Source of the DNA: Acidobacteriota bacterium
GTDB lineage: Bacteria; Acidobacteriota; Thermoanaerobaculia; UBA5066; Gp7-AA6
Assembly: GCA_027307335.1 (NCBI GenBank)
Contig: DAHUXD010000054.1
Coordinates: forward strand, 4,611-68,610
Length of the DNA: 64,000 nucleotides
Reading direction: 5' to 3'
The notes under the pieces were generated by a model. That model saw nothing but the letters and a program-made list of their open reading frames with translations. It searched no databases and was not told the origin of the DNA. Positions 39,722-48,944 of the stretch are shown here, one piece after another. Positions within the stretch are counted from its first letter, which is position 1. Every line of letters begins with the position of its first letter. Both the position numbers and the translations under genes were made by a program.

Positions 39722-40291
39722 TCAATAGAGGGCGGACCGGAGGGGCAGCGCCTCGATCAGCCGCGCCTCCGCATCGAGCAGCTCGCCGAGGCGCCGCTGT
39801 GCCTCGGCCGCGTCGAAGTAGGCGTGCGCCAGCGACAGGTACGTCTCGTGATGGCGGACCTCCGAGCGCGCGAGCTCCCGGTAGAACTCGCGCAGTTCGC
39901 CGTCCGGCAGCGCGCCGGCGAGGAGCCCGAAGCGCTCGCAGCCGCGAGCCTCGACGATCGCCGCCGTCAGAAGCCGGTCCAGGAAGTACGGCTCGCTCCC
40001 GTCGCGGAAGCCGGCGGAGAGGCGCCGCAGGTACTCGCTCTTCGTGTCGGCGCCGAGCGTGAGGCGCCGCGCGGCGATCCAGCGGTGCACGGCGCGGAAG
40101 TGCTCGAGCTCCTCGACCGCGAGGTCGATGCAGCGGCGCACGAGATCGACCCGGTCGGGGTAATGGGCCACGAGCGCGAGCGCCGACGCGGAGGCCTTCC
40201 GCTCGTTCGCCGCGTGGTCGAGGAGGAAGGCGTCCAGGTCGGCGAGCACGGCCGCCGTCCACTCGGGCCGCGTCGAGGCGCGGAGGAGCAC
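39722..40291 (-). CDS. miaE: tRNA-(ms2io6A37) hydroxylase (di-iron ferritin-like)
   Basis: LLDHAANERKAS, EELEHF, DRLL.AAIVEARGCERF and SEVRH motifs; probable GTG start at 40291. Confidence 0.88.
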   Translation of the reverse strand: MLLRASTRPEWTAAVLADLDAFLLDHAANERKASASALALVAHYPDRVDLVRRCIDLAVEELEHFRAVHRWIAARRLTLGADTKSEYLRRLSAGFRDGSEPYFLDRLLTAAIVEARGCERFGLLAGALPDGELREFYRELARSEVRHHETYLSLAHAYFDAAEAQRRLGELLDAEARLIEALPLRSALY

Positions 40292-40299
40292 GGCGAGGC

Positions 40300-40581
40300 C
40301 TAGCCGCCGCTGACGGCGGGAAGGATCGCGATCTCGACGCCGTCGGGGACGCGCGTCTCGAGCCCCGCGGCGTCGCGGATGTTCGTGTCCGCGACGAAGA
40401 GGTTGACGTGAGGCCGCACGTCCCCCATCTCGGTCAGGACGCGCTCCGTCAGCCCGGGGTGGAGCGCCCGCAGCGCGGCGAGCGCGTCGCCCACGGTCGC
40501 GGGCGAGGCGGACAGCGCCACCGACGACACGCCTCCCGAGAACGGGCGCAGCGGTCCGGGAATCAGGAACCGGACCGCCAT
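40300..40581 (-). CDS. MoaD/ThiS-family ubiquitin-like protein with C-terminal GG
   Basis: MAVRFLIPGPLR...RPHVNLFV...EIAILPAVSGG; ATG overlaps the upstream stop (TGATG). Confidence 0.9.
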   Translation of the reverse strand: MAVRFLIPGPLRPFSGGVSSVALSASPATVGDALAALRALHPGLTERVLTEMGDVRPHVNLFVADTNIRDAAGLETRVPDGVEIAILPAVSGG

Positions 40582-41864
40582 CAGGCCGCCCGCTTCCGCC
40601 GGGCTTTCCGGGGCGCGGTCCCGCGGGCCCGGCCGCGGACGTTCCCAACTCTCTTCTTTGCGTGGCTTGTCGCCACGACCTTCTTCGCGTGGCTTGTCGC
40701 CACGCCCTTCTTCGCGCGGCTGTTCGCCACGACCGCCGCCTTGACGCAGACGATCGGGGGCAGGCCTTCCTGCAGGAGCGTCCAGCTCCGCCCCTCGTCC
40801 CGGGATCCGTAGAGCTTGCCGCTCCGCGTGCCGAAGTAGATGCCCGCGGGGTCGAAGGAATCCACCGCCATGGCATCGCGGATCACCGTCTCGAGAGCGT
40901 TCTTCTGCGGCAACCCGCGCGTGAGCGGCTGCCACGACTTGCCGGCGTCGCGCGTGCGGTAGACGCGCAGCTTCCCGTCCGGCGTGCAGCGGAACATGTC
41001 CGAGTGGAGCGGCACGATGTACGCGATGTCCGGATCCTGCGGGTGGATGCCCATGCAGAAACCGAAGTCGGACGGCACGCCGTTCGCGATGTCGGTCCAC
41101 GTATCCCCGCCGTCGTCCGAGCGGTAGAGGCCCCAGTGGTTCTGGAGAAACAGACGGCCCGGCTTCGCGCGATGCTGGACGACCTTGTGGACGCACTGCC
41201 CGAATTCGGGATTCGGATCGGGGAAGTACTCCGCCCGAACGCCCCGGTTGCGGGCCTCCCAGGTCCTGCCTCCGTCGTCGGTGCGGTAGACGCCGCCCGT
41301 CGAGATCGCGATGGTGATCCGGCCCTCGTCGGTGGGGTCGACGAGGATCGTGTGGAGCGCCAGCCCTCCGCCTCCCGGCTGCCACTTCTCGCGATGGGGG
41401 TGCCCCCAGAGGCCGGCGTTCAGCTGCCACGTCTCGCCCGCGTCTCGCGACTCGAACAGCGCCGCCGGCTCGACACCGCAGCAGAGCGTGTCGGGCTCCG
41501 AGGCGCGCCCGGGGGCGATCTGCCAGATGTTCTTCAGGGCTGCGCCGGAGGATTCGGGAAAACGCACGAGGGGCACCTCGGGCCTCTTCCAGCTCTTCCC
41601 GAAGTCGTCGCTCCACGCGAGCTCCGCTCCCCAGTGCATGCTCGAAGGGGCGGCCCAGATGCGTTTCCGTCCCGCCCGCGCGTCGAACGCCGCGCCGTAC
41701 ACCGACGAGCCGGGAAAGAACGGGCCCGCCATGGCCCATCGGCCGCGGCCGGGGCGGGAGGCGAAGAGGAAGAGGCCCTTCATCGTCCCCACGAGCAGGA
41801 GCGCGTCGCCGTCGCGGACGGAAAGACCGGACGAAGTGGGCGTCTGGAGCTTCTTGGCCGGCAT
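40581..41864 (-). CDS. Cytoplasmic Asp-box (BNR) beta-propeller protein with a basic repetitive C-terminal tail
   Basis: Six S/TxDxGxS/TW repeats, no signal peptide, Lys/Arg/Ala-rich tail. Confidence 0.85.
   Translation of the reverse strand: MPAKKLQTPTSSGLSVRDGDALLLVGTMKGLFLFASRPGRGRWAMAGPFFPGSSVYGAAFDARAGRKRIWAAPSSMHWGAELAWSDDFGKSWKRPEVPLVRFPESSGAALKNIWQIAPGRASEPDTLCCGVEPAALFESRDAGETWQLNAGLWGHPHREKWQPGGGGLALHTILVDPTDEGRITIAISTGGVYRTDDGGRTWEARNRGVRAEYFPDPNPEFGQCVHKVVQHRAKPGRLFLQNHWGLYRSDDGGDTWTDIANGVPSDFGFCMGIHPQDPDIAYIVPLHSDMFRCTPDGKLRVYRTRDAGKSWQPLTRGLPQKNALETVIRDAMAVDSFDPAGIYFGTRSGKLYGSRDEGRSWTLLQEGLPPIVCVKAAVVANSRAKKGVATSHAKKVVATSHAKKRVGNVRGRARGTAPRKARRKRAA
40654..40734 (-). repeat. 27-bp coding tandem repeat x3 (about VATSHAKKV)
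   Basis: TTCTTTGCGTGGCTTGTCGCCACGACC / TTCTTCGCGTGGCTTGTCGCCACGCCC / TTCTTCGCGCGGCTGTTCGCCACGACC. Confidence 0.85.
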
Positions 41865-41891
41865 ACCCGGAGTCTACGGGAAAAACGGGAC

Positions 41892-42494
41892 TCAGTTTTC
41901 CGGGAGAGCGAGCCAGCGCGCCCACACCGATTCGACCTGGCGCCGCAGGTCCTCGGGCGAGCCGGCATTGACGATGACATCGTCCGCTCGCCGGGCCGCC
42001 TCCTCGGCCGGGATCTGCGCGGCGATGCGGCGGCGGGCGTCCTCCTCGTTCCCGCCCCTCTCGACCCATCGCCGGACGCGTTCCTCCTCGGGCGCCGTCA
42101 CGAGCAGCACGCGGTCGTATTCGCGCTCGGTGCGCGCCTCGAAGAGGAGGCTCGCCTCGCAGACGGCGACCCGGGCGCCGGCCCACGCCGCCTGGCCGAA
42201 GCGGCGCTCGCGCTCCTCGCTGACGATGGGGTGGATGCGGGCCTCGAGCGCGTGTCGCCTGGCGGGATCGCGGAACACGACCTCCGCGACCTTCGCCCGG
42301 TCGACCGCGCCGGAGGCGTCGAGCACCTCCGCGCCGAAGAGGTCCCGCGCCGCGTGATCGGCCGCGCCGCCGGGCTGGTACAGGTCCCGCACGAGCGCGT
42401 CGGCGTCGAAGACGGCGGCGCCGCGGTCGGCCAGCATCCGCGCGACCGTGGACTTGCCCGAGGCGAGACCGCCCGTCAGGCCGATCCGAAGCAT
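41892..42494 (-). CDS. coaE: Dephospho-CoA kinase
   Basis: IGLTGGLASGKST, DAD, LE..IHP and IAAQ motifs. Confidence 0.94.
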   Translation of the reverse strand: MLRIGLTGGLASGKSTVARMLADRGAAVFDADALVRDLYQPGGAADHAARDLFGAEVLDASGAVDRAKVAEVVFRDPARRHALEARIHPIVSEERERRFGQAAWAGARVAVCEASLLFEARTEREYDRVLLVTAPEEERVRRWVERGGNEEDARRRIAAQIPAEEAARRADDVIVNAGSPEDLRRQVESVWARWLALPEN

Positions 42495-42498
42495 GGCC

Positions 42499-43800
42499 TC
42501 ACCGCGACGCTCCCGCGAAGACCTTCCCGCCCTTCATCACCCAGTCGACCTTGGAAAGCACCCCGACGTCCGCGAGCGGATCGCCCGGCGCGGCGACGAG
42601 GTCGGCGTACGCGCCCTTCTCGATCGTGCCGATCTGCCCGGTCATGCCGAGGAGCTCCGCGGCGTTGGACGTGGCGGTGCGGATCGCCTCGATCGGCGTC
42701 ATGCCGAGCCGCACCTCGTGGCCGAACTCCGCCGCCTGGTTGATCTCGGTCCAGGGGAAGCCACCCGCGTCGGTGCCGAAGGCGATCTTGACGCCGGCCT
42801 TCCGCGCGTTGGCGAAGGACTTCGCGAGGATCTTCGGCATCTCGGCCCAGATCCCCCGTCCCTCCTTCGCGCGCGGCTCCGCGACGTACCAGGACACGGT
42901 GAGCGTGGGGCAGAGGAAGATGCCCTTCCGGGCCATCTCGGCGGCGGTCTCGGGGCGGATGGAGTCGCCGTGCTCGATCGAGTCGACGCCCGCGGCGACG
43001 GCCATGCGGACGCCCGTGTCCGAGGTCGCGTGCGCGGCAACCTTCGCGCCGCGCGTGTGCGCCTCCGAGACGACGGCCTCGATCTCCTCCTTCGTCCAGT
43101 TCGGCGGCGAGTCGATGTAGCCGTCGTTCGTCAAGCGGAGCCCGCCGGTGTTGGCGTAGATCTTGACCCAGTCGGTGCCGTAGGAGAGCTGCTCGCGCAC
43201 GGCGCGACGGCAGCCGTCGGCGCCGTCGCACGTCATCACGCCCGTCGGGAACTTCCAGTCCGGCCGGAAGTGGAGGATCGGGTACGTGCCGGTCGTCGAG
43301 AGCGCCGGGCCGACGACCTTGAGGCGCGGACCGGGCACGACGCCCTCGTTGACGGCGTCCCGGATCGCGACGTCGTCGTACCCCGCCCCCTCGGTCTCGA
43401 GGTCGCGCATCGTCGTGAAGCCGTGGGCGAGGCCGATCTGCATCGCCCGGACGGCGCGGACGACCCGGTGCGCGGGGTACTCCTTGAGGATCTGGTCTTC
43501 GTACTCGGCCTCGGTGGCGTCGCCCTGCAGCAGGATGTGCGTGTGGACGTCCGCGAATCCGGGCAGGAGGACCCGGTCGCCGAGGTCCGCCGTCGCGGCG
43601 CCGGGGGGCGCCGCCGTGCCGACCGAGTCGATCCGGTCGCCGACGACGACCACGACCGGATGGTCGACGTAGCGCCCGGACTTCACGTCGAGGAGCCGGG
43701 CCGCCCGGATCGCGATCGGTGGCGGGGCGGGGGGCTCGGCGCCGAGGGCCACGAAGGCGAGGAGCAGGGCCGCACCGGCCGGGACGAGGGCTTTCCGCAT
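42499..43800 (-). CDS. Secreted metal-dependent amidohydrolase (Xaa-Pro dipeptidase-like)
   Basis: Signal peptide; [25 protein letters not shown] and ADLV motifs. Confidence 0.88.
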   Translation of the reverse strand: MRKALVPAGAALLLAFVALGAEPPAPPPIAIRAARLLDVKSGRYVDHPVVVVVGDRIDSVGTAAPPGAATADLGDRVLLPGFADVHTHILLQGDATEAEYEDQILKEYPAHRVVRAVRAMQIGLAHGFTTMRDLETEGAGYDDVAIRDAVNEGVVPGPRLKVVGPALSTTGTYPILHFRPDWKFPTGVMTCDGADGCRRAVREQLSYGTDWVKIYANTGGLRLTNDGYIDSPPNWTKEEIEAVVSEAHTRGAKVAAHATSDTGVRMAVAAGVDSIEHGDSIRPETAAEMARKGIFLCPTLTVSWYVAEPRAKEGRGIWAEMPKILAKSFANARKAGVKIAFGTDAGGFPWTEINQAAEFGHEVRLGMTPIEAIRTATSNAAELLGMTGQIGTIEKGAYADLVAAPGDPLADVGVLSKVDWVMKGGKVFAGASR

Positions 43801-43882
43801 GGGTGTCCTCCGCGTGTTTCGCCCGAAGCCTATCGCGGCGGGAAAACGGGAATCCGCCGAAAACCTTCCTCCGGAACCGTCG

Positions 43883-43903
43883 TAGACTCTCCTGTAGAGA
43901 GTC
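43883..43903 (+). promoter_or_regulatory. Candidate -10 box overlapped by an inverted-repeat operator upstream of padR
   Basis: TAGACT at 43883-43888 and perfect inverted repeat GACTCTC-CTGTA-GAGAGTC at 43885-43903. Confidence 0.6.
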
Positions 43904-43916
43904 GAGAGGAGCGAGC

Positions 43917-44246
43917 ATGGCCCCCACCCGGAGCGACCTGCTGCAGGGAACCCTGGACGTCCTGGTCTTAAAGACGCTGTCGAGCGGCCCGATGCACGGG
44001 TGGGGCATCTCGCAGCGCATCCAGCAGGTCTCCGAGGACGTCCTCGCCGTCAACCAGGGCTCGCTGTATCCGGCGCTCCACCGGCTCGAGGAGAAGGGCT
44101 GGATTCACGCCGAGTGGGGCAACTCCGAGAACAACCGCCGCGCGCGGTTCTACAGCCTGACGCGCGCGGGCCGCCGTCAGCTCGCGGAAGAGACGGAGAG
44201 CTGGGAACGCTTCGCGGCCGCGGTGGCCCGCGTGCTCGCGACGTAG
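43917..44246 (+). CDS. PadR family transcriptional regulator (acidobacterial type)
   Basis: [40 protein letters not shown] motifs. Confidence 0.93.
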   Translation: MAPTRSDLLQGTLDVLVLKTLSSGPMHGWGISQRIQQVSEDVLAVNQGSLYPALHRLEEKGWIHAEWGNSENNRRARFYSLTRAGRRQLAEETESWERFAAAVARVLAT

Positions 44247-44256
44247 GAGGAGACCC

Positions 44257-46911
44257 ATGCTGCGCAAGCTCGCCGGCAGTCTCGGCGCCCTCTTCGGGGG
44301 ATCGCGGAAGGAAGAGGAGGTCGACGACGAGATCGCCTTCCACCTCGCCCGGGAGACGGAGAAGAACGTGCAGCGCGGGATGACGCCCGAAGCGGCGCGG
44401 CGGGAGGCGCTCGTCGCCTTCGGCGGCGTGGCGCAGACGAGGGAGGCCTCCCGCGAGGCGCGGCGGGCCGTGCTGCTCGAGACGATCCTCCAGGACCTCC
44501 GGTACGGCTGGCGCACGCTCCGCAAGAGCCCCGGATACGCGACGGCGGCCGTGCTGACGCTCGCGCTCGGCATCGGCGCGAACACCGCGATCTTCTCGGT
44601 GGTGCACGGGGTGCTCCTGCAGTCGCTGCCGTACGGCGGCGGCGACCGCCTCGTCCGGCTGCGCGTGGACGCGCCCGGCGCCGGCATCCAGGACGGCCGC
44701 TTCGCGGCCCCGGAGCTCCAGGACATCCGCACGCTCTCCCGCACGATCGACGGCGTCGTCGAGTACCACTCGATGTTCTTCGTCCTCCTCGGCGGTCCCG
44801 AGCCGCAGCGCGTCGCCACCGCCGTCGTGTCGGCCAACTACTTCGACACACTCGGCGTCACCCCGATCGTCGGGCGCACGTTCCTCCCGGGCGAGGACAA
44901 GCACGGCGCGGAGCCGGTGCTCGTCCTCTCGTACGCCTACTGGATGCGGACGTTCGGCGGCGACCCCTCCGTGGTCGGCCGCGTCTTCCGCATGAACGAC
45001 CGCGCGCACACCGTCATCGGCGTGCTGCCGCCGATCCCGGGCTATCCCGAAGACAACGACGTCTACATGCCGATCTCGGCGTGTCCCTTCCGCTCGGACC
45101 CGAAGATGGAGACCGACCGTTCGATGGGAATGATGCAGGCGTTCGGGCGCCTGAAGCCGGGGGCGCGCTTCGAGGCGGCCCGCTCCGACCTCGCTTCGAT
45201 CGCGGCGCGGATGGCGCACGACCACCCGTCGGACTATCCGGAGTCCGCCCACATGTCGCTGTCGCCCGTGTCGCTGCGCGAGGAGCTGACGCGCCAGGCC
45301 CGGCCCACGTTCCTCCTCCTCTTCGGCACGGTCGGCCTCGTGCTCCTGCTCGCCTGCGCGAACGTGGCGAACCTGTCGCTCGCCCGGCTCGTGCGCCGGG
45401 AGAAGGAGATGGCGCTCCGGTCCGCGCTCGGCGCGGGGCGCGGGCGTCTGCGGCGGCAGCTGCTGACCGAGAGCCTGCTCGTCTCGCTGACCGGCGGCGT
45501 TCTCGGCGTCGCGCTGGCGGCGTCCGGCCGTGGGCTGCTCGTCCACTTCGCGAGGCGGTTCACCCCGCGCGCCAACGAGATCGCGGTCGACGTGCCGGTC
45601 CTGCTCTTCTCGCTCGGGGTGGCGCTCGTCGTCGGCATCGTGCTGGGGGTCCTCCCGGCGTTGTCGCCGCGGCGCAGCCTCTCGGCGTCGCTGCAGGAGG
45701 GCCGGGATGCCTCGGCCGCGACGCCCTCGCGGCTGCGGATGCGGAACCTCCTGATCGCCGGCCAGGTCGCGATCTCGTTCGTCCTCCTCGTCGGCGCGGG
45801 CCTGATGCTGCGCACGCTGTGGAAGCTCTCGCACGTCGACACGGGCTTCCACGCGGAGCGCGTCCTCACGGCGCGGCTCAGCATGAACTTCACGCGGTAT
45901 TCGAAGAACGAGGAGCGGCTCGACTTCCAGGACCGCCTGGTGGAGCGCCTGTCGCACGAGCCGGGCGTCCTCTCGGTCGCGCTCGCCAACAGCTTTCCGC
46001 TGAACGAGGGCGGGCCGAACAACGGCACGTACGACGTCGAGGGCCGGCGCGCGGCGACGCCGGACAAGAAGCCCCGCGCCAACTTCCAGCGCGTCAGCGC
46101 CGACTACTTCAAGACGATCGGCGTGCCCGTGCTCCGCGGACGCGCGATCGCCCTGGCCGACCGGCTCGAGGCGCCGCTGGTCGTGGTCATCAACGACCAC
46201 ATGGCGCGGCACGTCTGGCCGGGCGAAGACCCGGTCGGGAAGCGCATCGAGATCGAAACCGATCCCGGCAAGATGTCTTTCGCCGAAATCGTCGGGGTCG
46301 TCGGCGACGTGCGCCAGTACTCGCTCGCCGAGGCGGCGGGGGACGAGGTCTACTTCTCGATTCGCCAGTTCCCCGGCCTCGGCTCCCTGGTGATCCGCTC
46401 GGACGGGGACCCGCGGCGGCTCGAGCGGATGGTGCGCGCCGCCGTCCATGCGATCGGCCCCGAGCAGCCGGTCGACCGCATCCGCACGCTCGAGGAGGTT
46501 CGCGCCGGGGCGCTCGACACGCAGCGGCTGACCGCGACGCTCCTCCTGATCTTCGCGACGCTCGCCCTCACGATCACCGCCACCGGCATCGCGGGCGTCA
46601 TCGGGTTCTCGGTCGGGCAGCGGCGCCAGGAGTTCGGGATCCGCATGGCGCTCGGGGCGCTTCCGGGCGCCGTGCGCGGGATGGTGCTGCGGCAGGGGAT
46701 GCGGCACGTGACGGCTGGCCTCGCGCTCGGGATCGCGGCGGCGCTGGTGCTCACGCGGCTCTGGTCGAACCTCCTCTACGAGGTCTCGCCGACCGACCCG
46801 CCGACCTTCCTGGCGGTCGCGGTGATGCTCATGGCCGTCGCGGCTCTCGCCTGCTTTATCCCGGCGCGTCGCGCGACGGCGGTCGACCCGATGGTGGCGC
46901 TCCGGGGCTGA
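44257..46911 (+). CDS. ADOP-type duplicated MacB/FtsX ABC permease with N-terminal permease-prefix domain
   Basis: DDEIAFHL...GM.PE.ARR prefix, [29 protein letters not shown], and PARRA..VDPM.ALR C-terminus. Confidence 0.92.
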   Translation: MLRKLAGSLGALFGGSRKEEEVDDEIAFHLARETEKNVQRGMTPEAARREALVAFGGVAQTREASREARRAVLLETILQDLRYGWRTLRKSPGYATAAVLTLALGIGANTAIFSVVHGVLLQSLPYGGGDRLVRLRVDAPGAGIQDGRFAAPELQDIRTLSRTIDGVVEYHSMFFVLLGGPEPQRVATAVVSANYFDTLGVTPIVGRTFLPGEDKHGAEPVLVLSYAYWMRTFGGDPSVVGRVFRMNDRAHTVIGVLPPIPGYPEDNDVYMPISACPFRSDPKMETDRSMGMMQAFGRLKPGARFEAARSDLASIAARMAHDHPSDYPESAHMSLSPVSLREELTRQARPTFLLLFGTVGLVLLLACANVANLSLARLVRREKEMALRSALGAGRGRLRRQLLTESLLVSLTGGVLGVALAASGRGLLVHFARRFTPRANEIAVDVPVLLFSLGVALVVGIVLGVLPALSPRRSLSASLQEGRDASAATPSRLRMRNLLIAGQVAISFVLLVGAGLMLRTLWKLSHVDTGFHAERVLTARLSMNFTRYSKNEERLDFQDRLVERLSHEPGVLSVALANSFPLNEGGPNNGTYDVEGRRAATPDKKPRANFQRVSADYFKTIGVPVLRGRAIALADRLEAPLVVVINDHMARHVWPGEDPVGKRIEIETDPGKMSFAEIVGVVGDVRQYSLAEAAGDEVYFSIRQFPGLGSLVIRSDGDPRRLERMVRAAVHAIGPEQPVDRIRTLEEVRAGALDTQRLTATLLLIFATLALTITATGIAGVIGFSVGQRRQEFGIRMALGALPGAVRGMVLRQGMRHVTAGLALGIAAALVLTRLWSNLLYEVSPTDPPTFLAVAVMLMAVAALACFIPARRATAVDPMVALRG

Positions 46912-46952
46912 CGAAGGCGCGGCGCGGCGGGCGCCGATGACAGAATGACGCC

Positions 46953-47525
46953 GTGGACGTCGTGAGCGTCGGTCCCTTCCTCGACTACTGGGAGAAGGTG
47001 CGCGGGCGCACCCGGCGCGTCGTCGACGTCATTCCCGCCGAGCGCCTCGAGTGGACGTGGCAGGCGGGCAAGTTCACGCTGGGAGACCTCGTCCGCCACC
47101 TCGCCGGCATCGAGCGGTACATGTACGCCGAGAACGCGCGCCGCCGCCCGTCCCGCTACCCGGGCCACGGCCGCGAGCTCGCGGACGGCCTCGAGGCGGT
47201 CCGCGTCTACTTCGAGCGCTGCCACGCGGAGACCGTCGAGATCCTCCGGGGGCTCTCCGACGCGGATCTGCGCGAGAAGTGCGTGACGCCCGGGGGCGCC
47301 GCGCTCGGCGTCGGCAAGTGGCTGCGCCTGATGGTCGAGCACGAGGTCCATCATCGCGGCCAGCTCTACATGGCGCTCGGGATTCTCGGCGTGCCGACGC
47401 CGCCCATCTACGGCCTGACCTCGGAGGAGGTCCGCGAGCGCTCGCGCCCCGAGGCCGACGCGGGGGAGAACGGGGTCAGGTCTCTCGAAGAGCGGTTTCG
47501 ACCGGCGTCGCGTCAACCGCGGTGA
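46953..47525 (+). CDS. DinB family protein
   Basis: RHLA..E and EHEVHHRGQL histidine motifs. Confidence 0.88.
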   Translation: MDVVSVGPFLDYWEKVRGRTRRVVDVIPAERLEWTWQAGKFTLGDLVRHLAGIERYMYAENARRRPSRYPGHGRELADGLEAVRVYFERCHAETVEILRGLSDADLREKCVTPGGAALGVGKWLRLMVEHEVHHRGQLYMALGILGVPTPPIYGLTSEEVRERSRPEADAGENGVRSLEERFRPASRQPR

Positions 47526-47527
47526 GG

Positions 47528-47621
47528 AGCCGGGCGTCTCCGTCCGCGAGGCTAGTTCCTTTCGGCGTGCGGCCCTCGCTCCGCTCGGCCCGAACGCCGA
47601 CGCGGCGTTCCCTCGCCGCGT
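47528..47621. repeat. Hairpin element between convergent genes, sharing the CTCGCTYCGCTC motif with 5033-5173
   Basis: TCGGCGT/ACGCCGA and GGCC/GGCC stems around CTCGCTCCGCTC. Confidence 0.45.
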
Positions 47622-48935
47622 TCACGCCGGGATCCGGAGCCGCGCGATCGATCCGCGGTGACCCTTCCGGTTCTCGAGGGAGAGCGAGCCGCCGTGCGCC
47701 TCGGCGATCTGGCGCGAGAGCACGAGCCCGATCCCGGAGCCGCCCGGCTTGGTCGTGAAGAACGGCACGAAGAGGTTGCTCGTGTTCGGGAGTCCTGGCC
47801 CGTCGTCCGCGACCCAGATCTCGACGCCCTCGACCGCCCGGCGCCAGCCGACCGCGACGCCCCCGCGCGTCTCGAGCGCCGCGTCGGCGGCGTTCTTCAC
47901 CAGGTTGATCAGGAGCTGCTCGAGCTGGTCCGCGTCGGCCGGGATCGTCACGGGCGGGCCGGGGATCACGCCGACGGAAAGGCGCGTCTCGAGCCCCGCG
48001 ACGCGCCTGGCGAGCGGCTCGATCGCCACGGGCGCGAGGCGCGGCGGCGGCAGCTTCGCGAGGCGCGCGTACGCGGTCGTGAACCGCGAGAGCGCCTCGG
48101 CGCGCGACGCGATGATGGCGAGCCCCTGTCGGAGGTCCGTGCGCCAGTCGGGGGGCGGGTCCGGGTTGGCGGCGATCTGCTGCAGGCTTCCCGCGATCGA
48201 CTGGATCGGCGCGAGCGAGTTGTTGAGCTCGTGCCCGAGGACGCGGATCAGCCGCTGCCACGCCTGCCGCTCCTCCTCGCGGAGCGGACGGCTCACGTCG
48301 GCGAGCACGAGGAGGCGGTGCGGCTGGCCACCGAGTCGGAACGCGCTGCGCCGGATCTCCCAGCGGCCCGACCCGCCCGGGAACTGCGCCTCGAGGATGC
48401 GCGGCGAGTGGTCGTCGAGGAACGCGGCGAGCCCGAGCTCCTCCGCGCGGAGTCCCCGCAGCCGCGGCTCCGGCTGGCCGAGCAGGCGCTCGCCGAACCG
48501 GTTCACGAGCTGCAGCAGCCCCGCCTCGTCGAACGCGAAGACGGCGACCTCGATCTCGGCCATGACGCGCGAGAGGAGCGCCGTCGCCTCGAGCGCCCCG
48601 AGACGCTGCTCGCGGAGCGTCTCGGCGAGCGCGTTGACCTCGACGAGCACCTCGCCGAGCGGGTCGTCGGGACGGGCGCCGCGCGCCCGGATCGAGAAGT
48701 CCTCCTCGCGCATGGCCGCGAGCAGGTTCGAGACGGTCTGGAGCGGCCGCACGACCCGCTCGCGGAGCGCCTGCAGGAAGGCGAGCGCCGCGAGGACGAT
48801 GAGGACCGAGAGCGTCCAGCGCACCTTCGGCGTGTAGTCGCCGGTCCACAGGATCGCGAGCGCCGTCGCCGCGGCGGGCAGCGCGGCGGCGCCGGCGAGC
48901 AGGAGGACCCGCCGGTCGTGCGTCAGGGGCTTCAA
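47622..48935 (-). CDS. Sensor histidine kinase (2 TM, PAS-like, HisKA, HATPase)
   Basis: HELNNSL, NLVKNA, DDGPG, FFTTK and GSGIGL motifs. Confidence 0.92.
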   Translation of the reverse strand: MKPLTHDRRVLLLAGAAALPAAATALAILWTGDYTPKVRWTLSVLIVLAALAFLQALRERVVRPLQTVSNLLAAMREEDFSIRARGARPDDPLGEVLVEVNALAETLREQRLGALEATALLSRVMAEIEVAVFAFDEAGLLQLVNRFGERLLGQPEPRLRGLRAEELGLAAFLDDHSPRILEAQFPGGSGRWEIRRSAFRLGGQPHRLLVLADVSRPLREEERQAWQRLIRVLGHELNNSLAPIQSIAGSLQQIAANPDPPPDWRTDLRQGLAIIASRAEALSRFTTAYARLAKLPPPRLAPVAIEPLARRVAGLETRLSVGVIPGPPVTIPADADQLEQLLINLVKNAADAALETRGGVAVGWRRAVEGVEIWVADDGPGLPNTSNLFVPFFTTKPGGSGIGLVLSRQIAEAHGGSLSLENRKGHRGSIARLRIPA

Positions 48936-48944
48936 CGCGAGAAC

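Noticed and set aside
40654..40734. CRISPR-like repeats
   Set aside because: Head-to-tail 27-bp units with no spacers, in frame within a CDS, and no cas genes.
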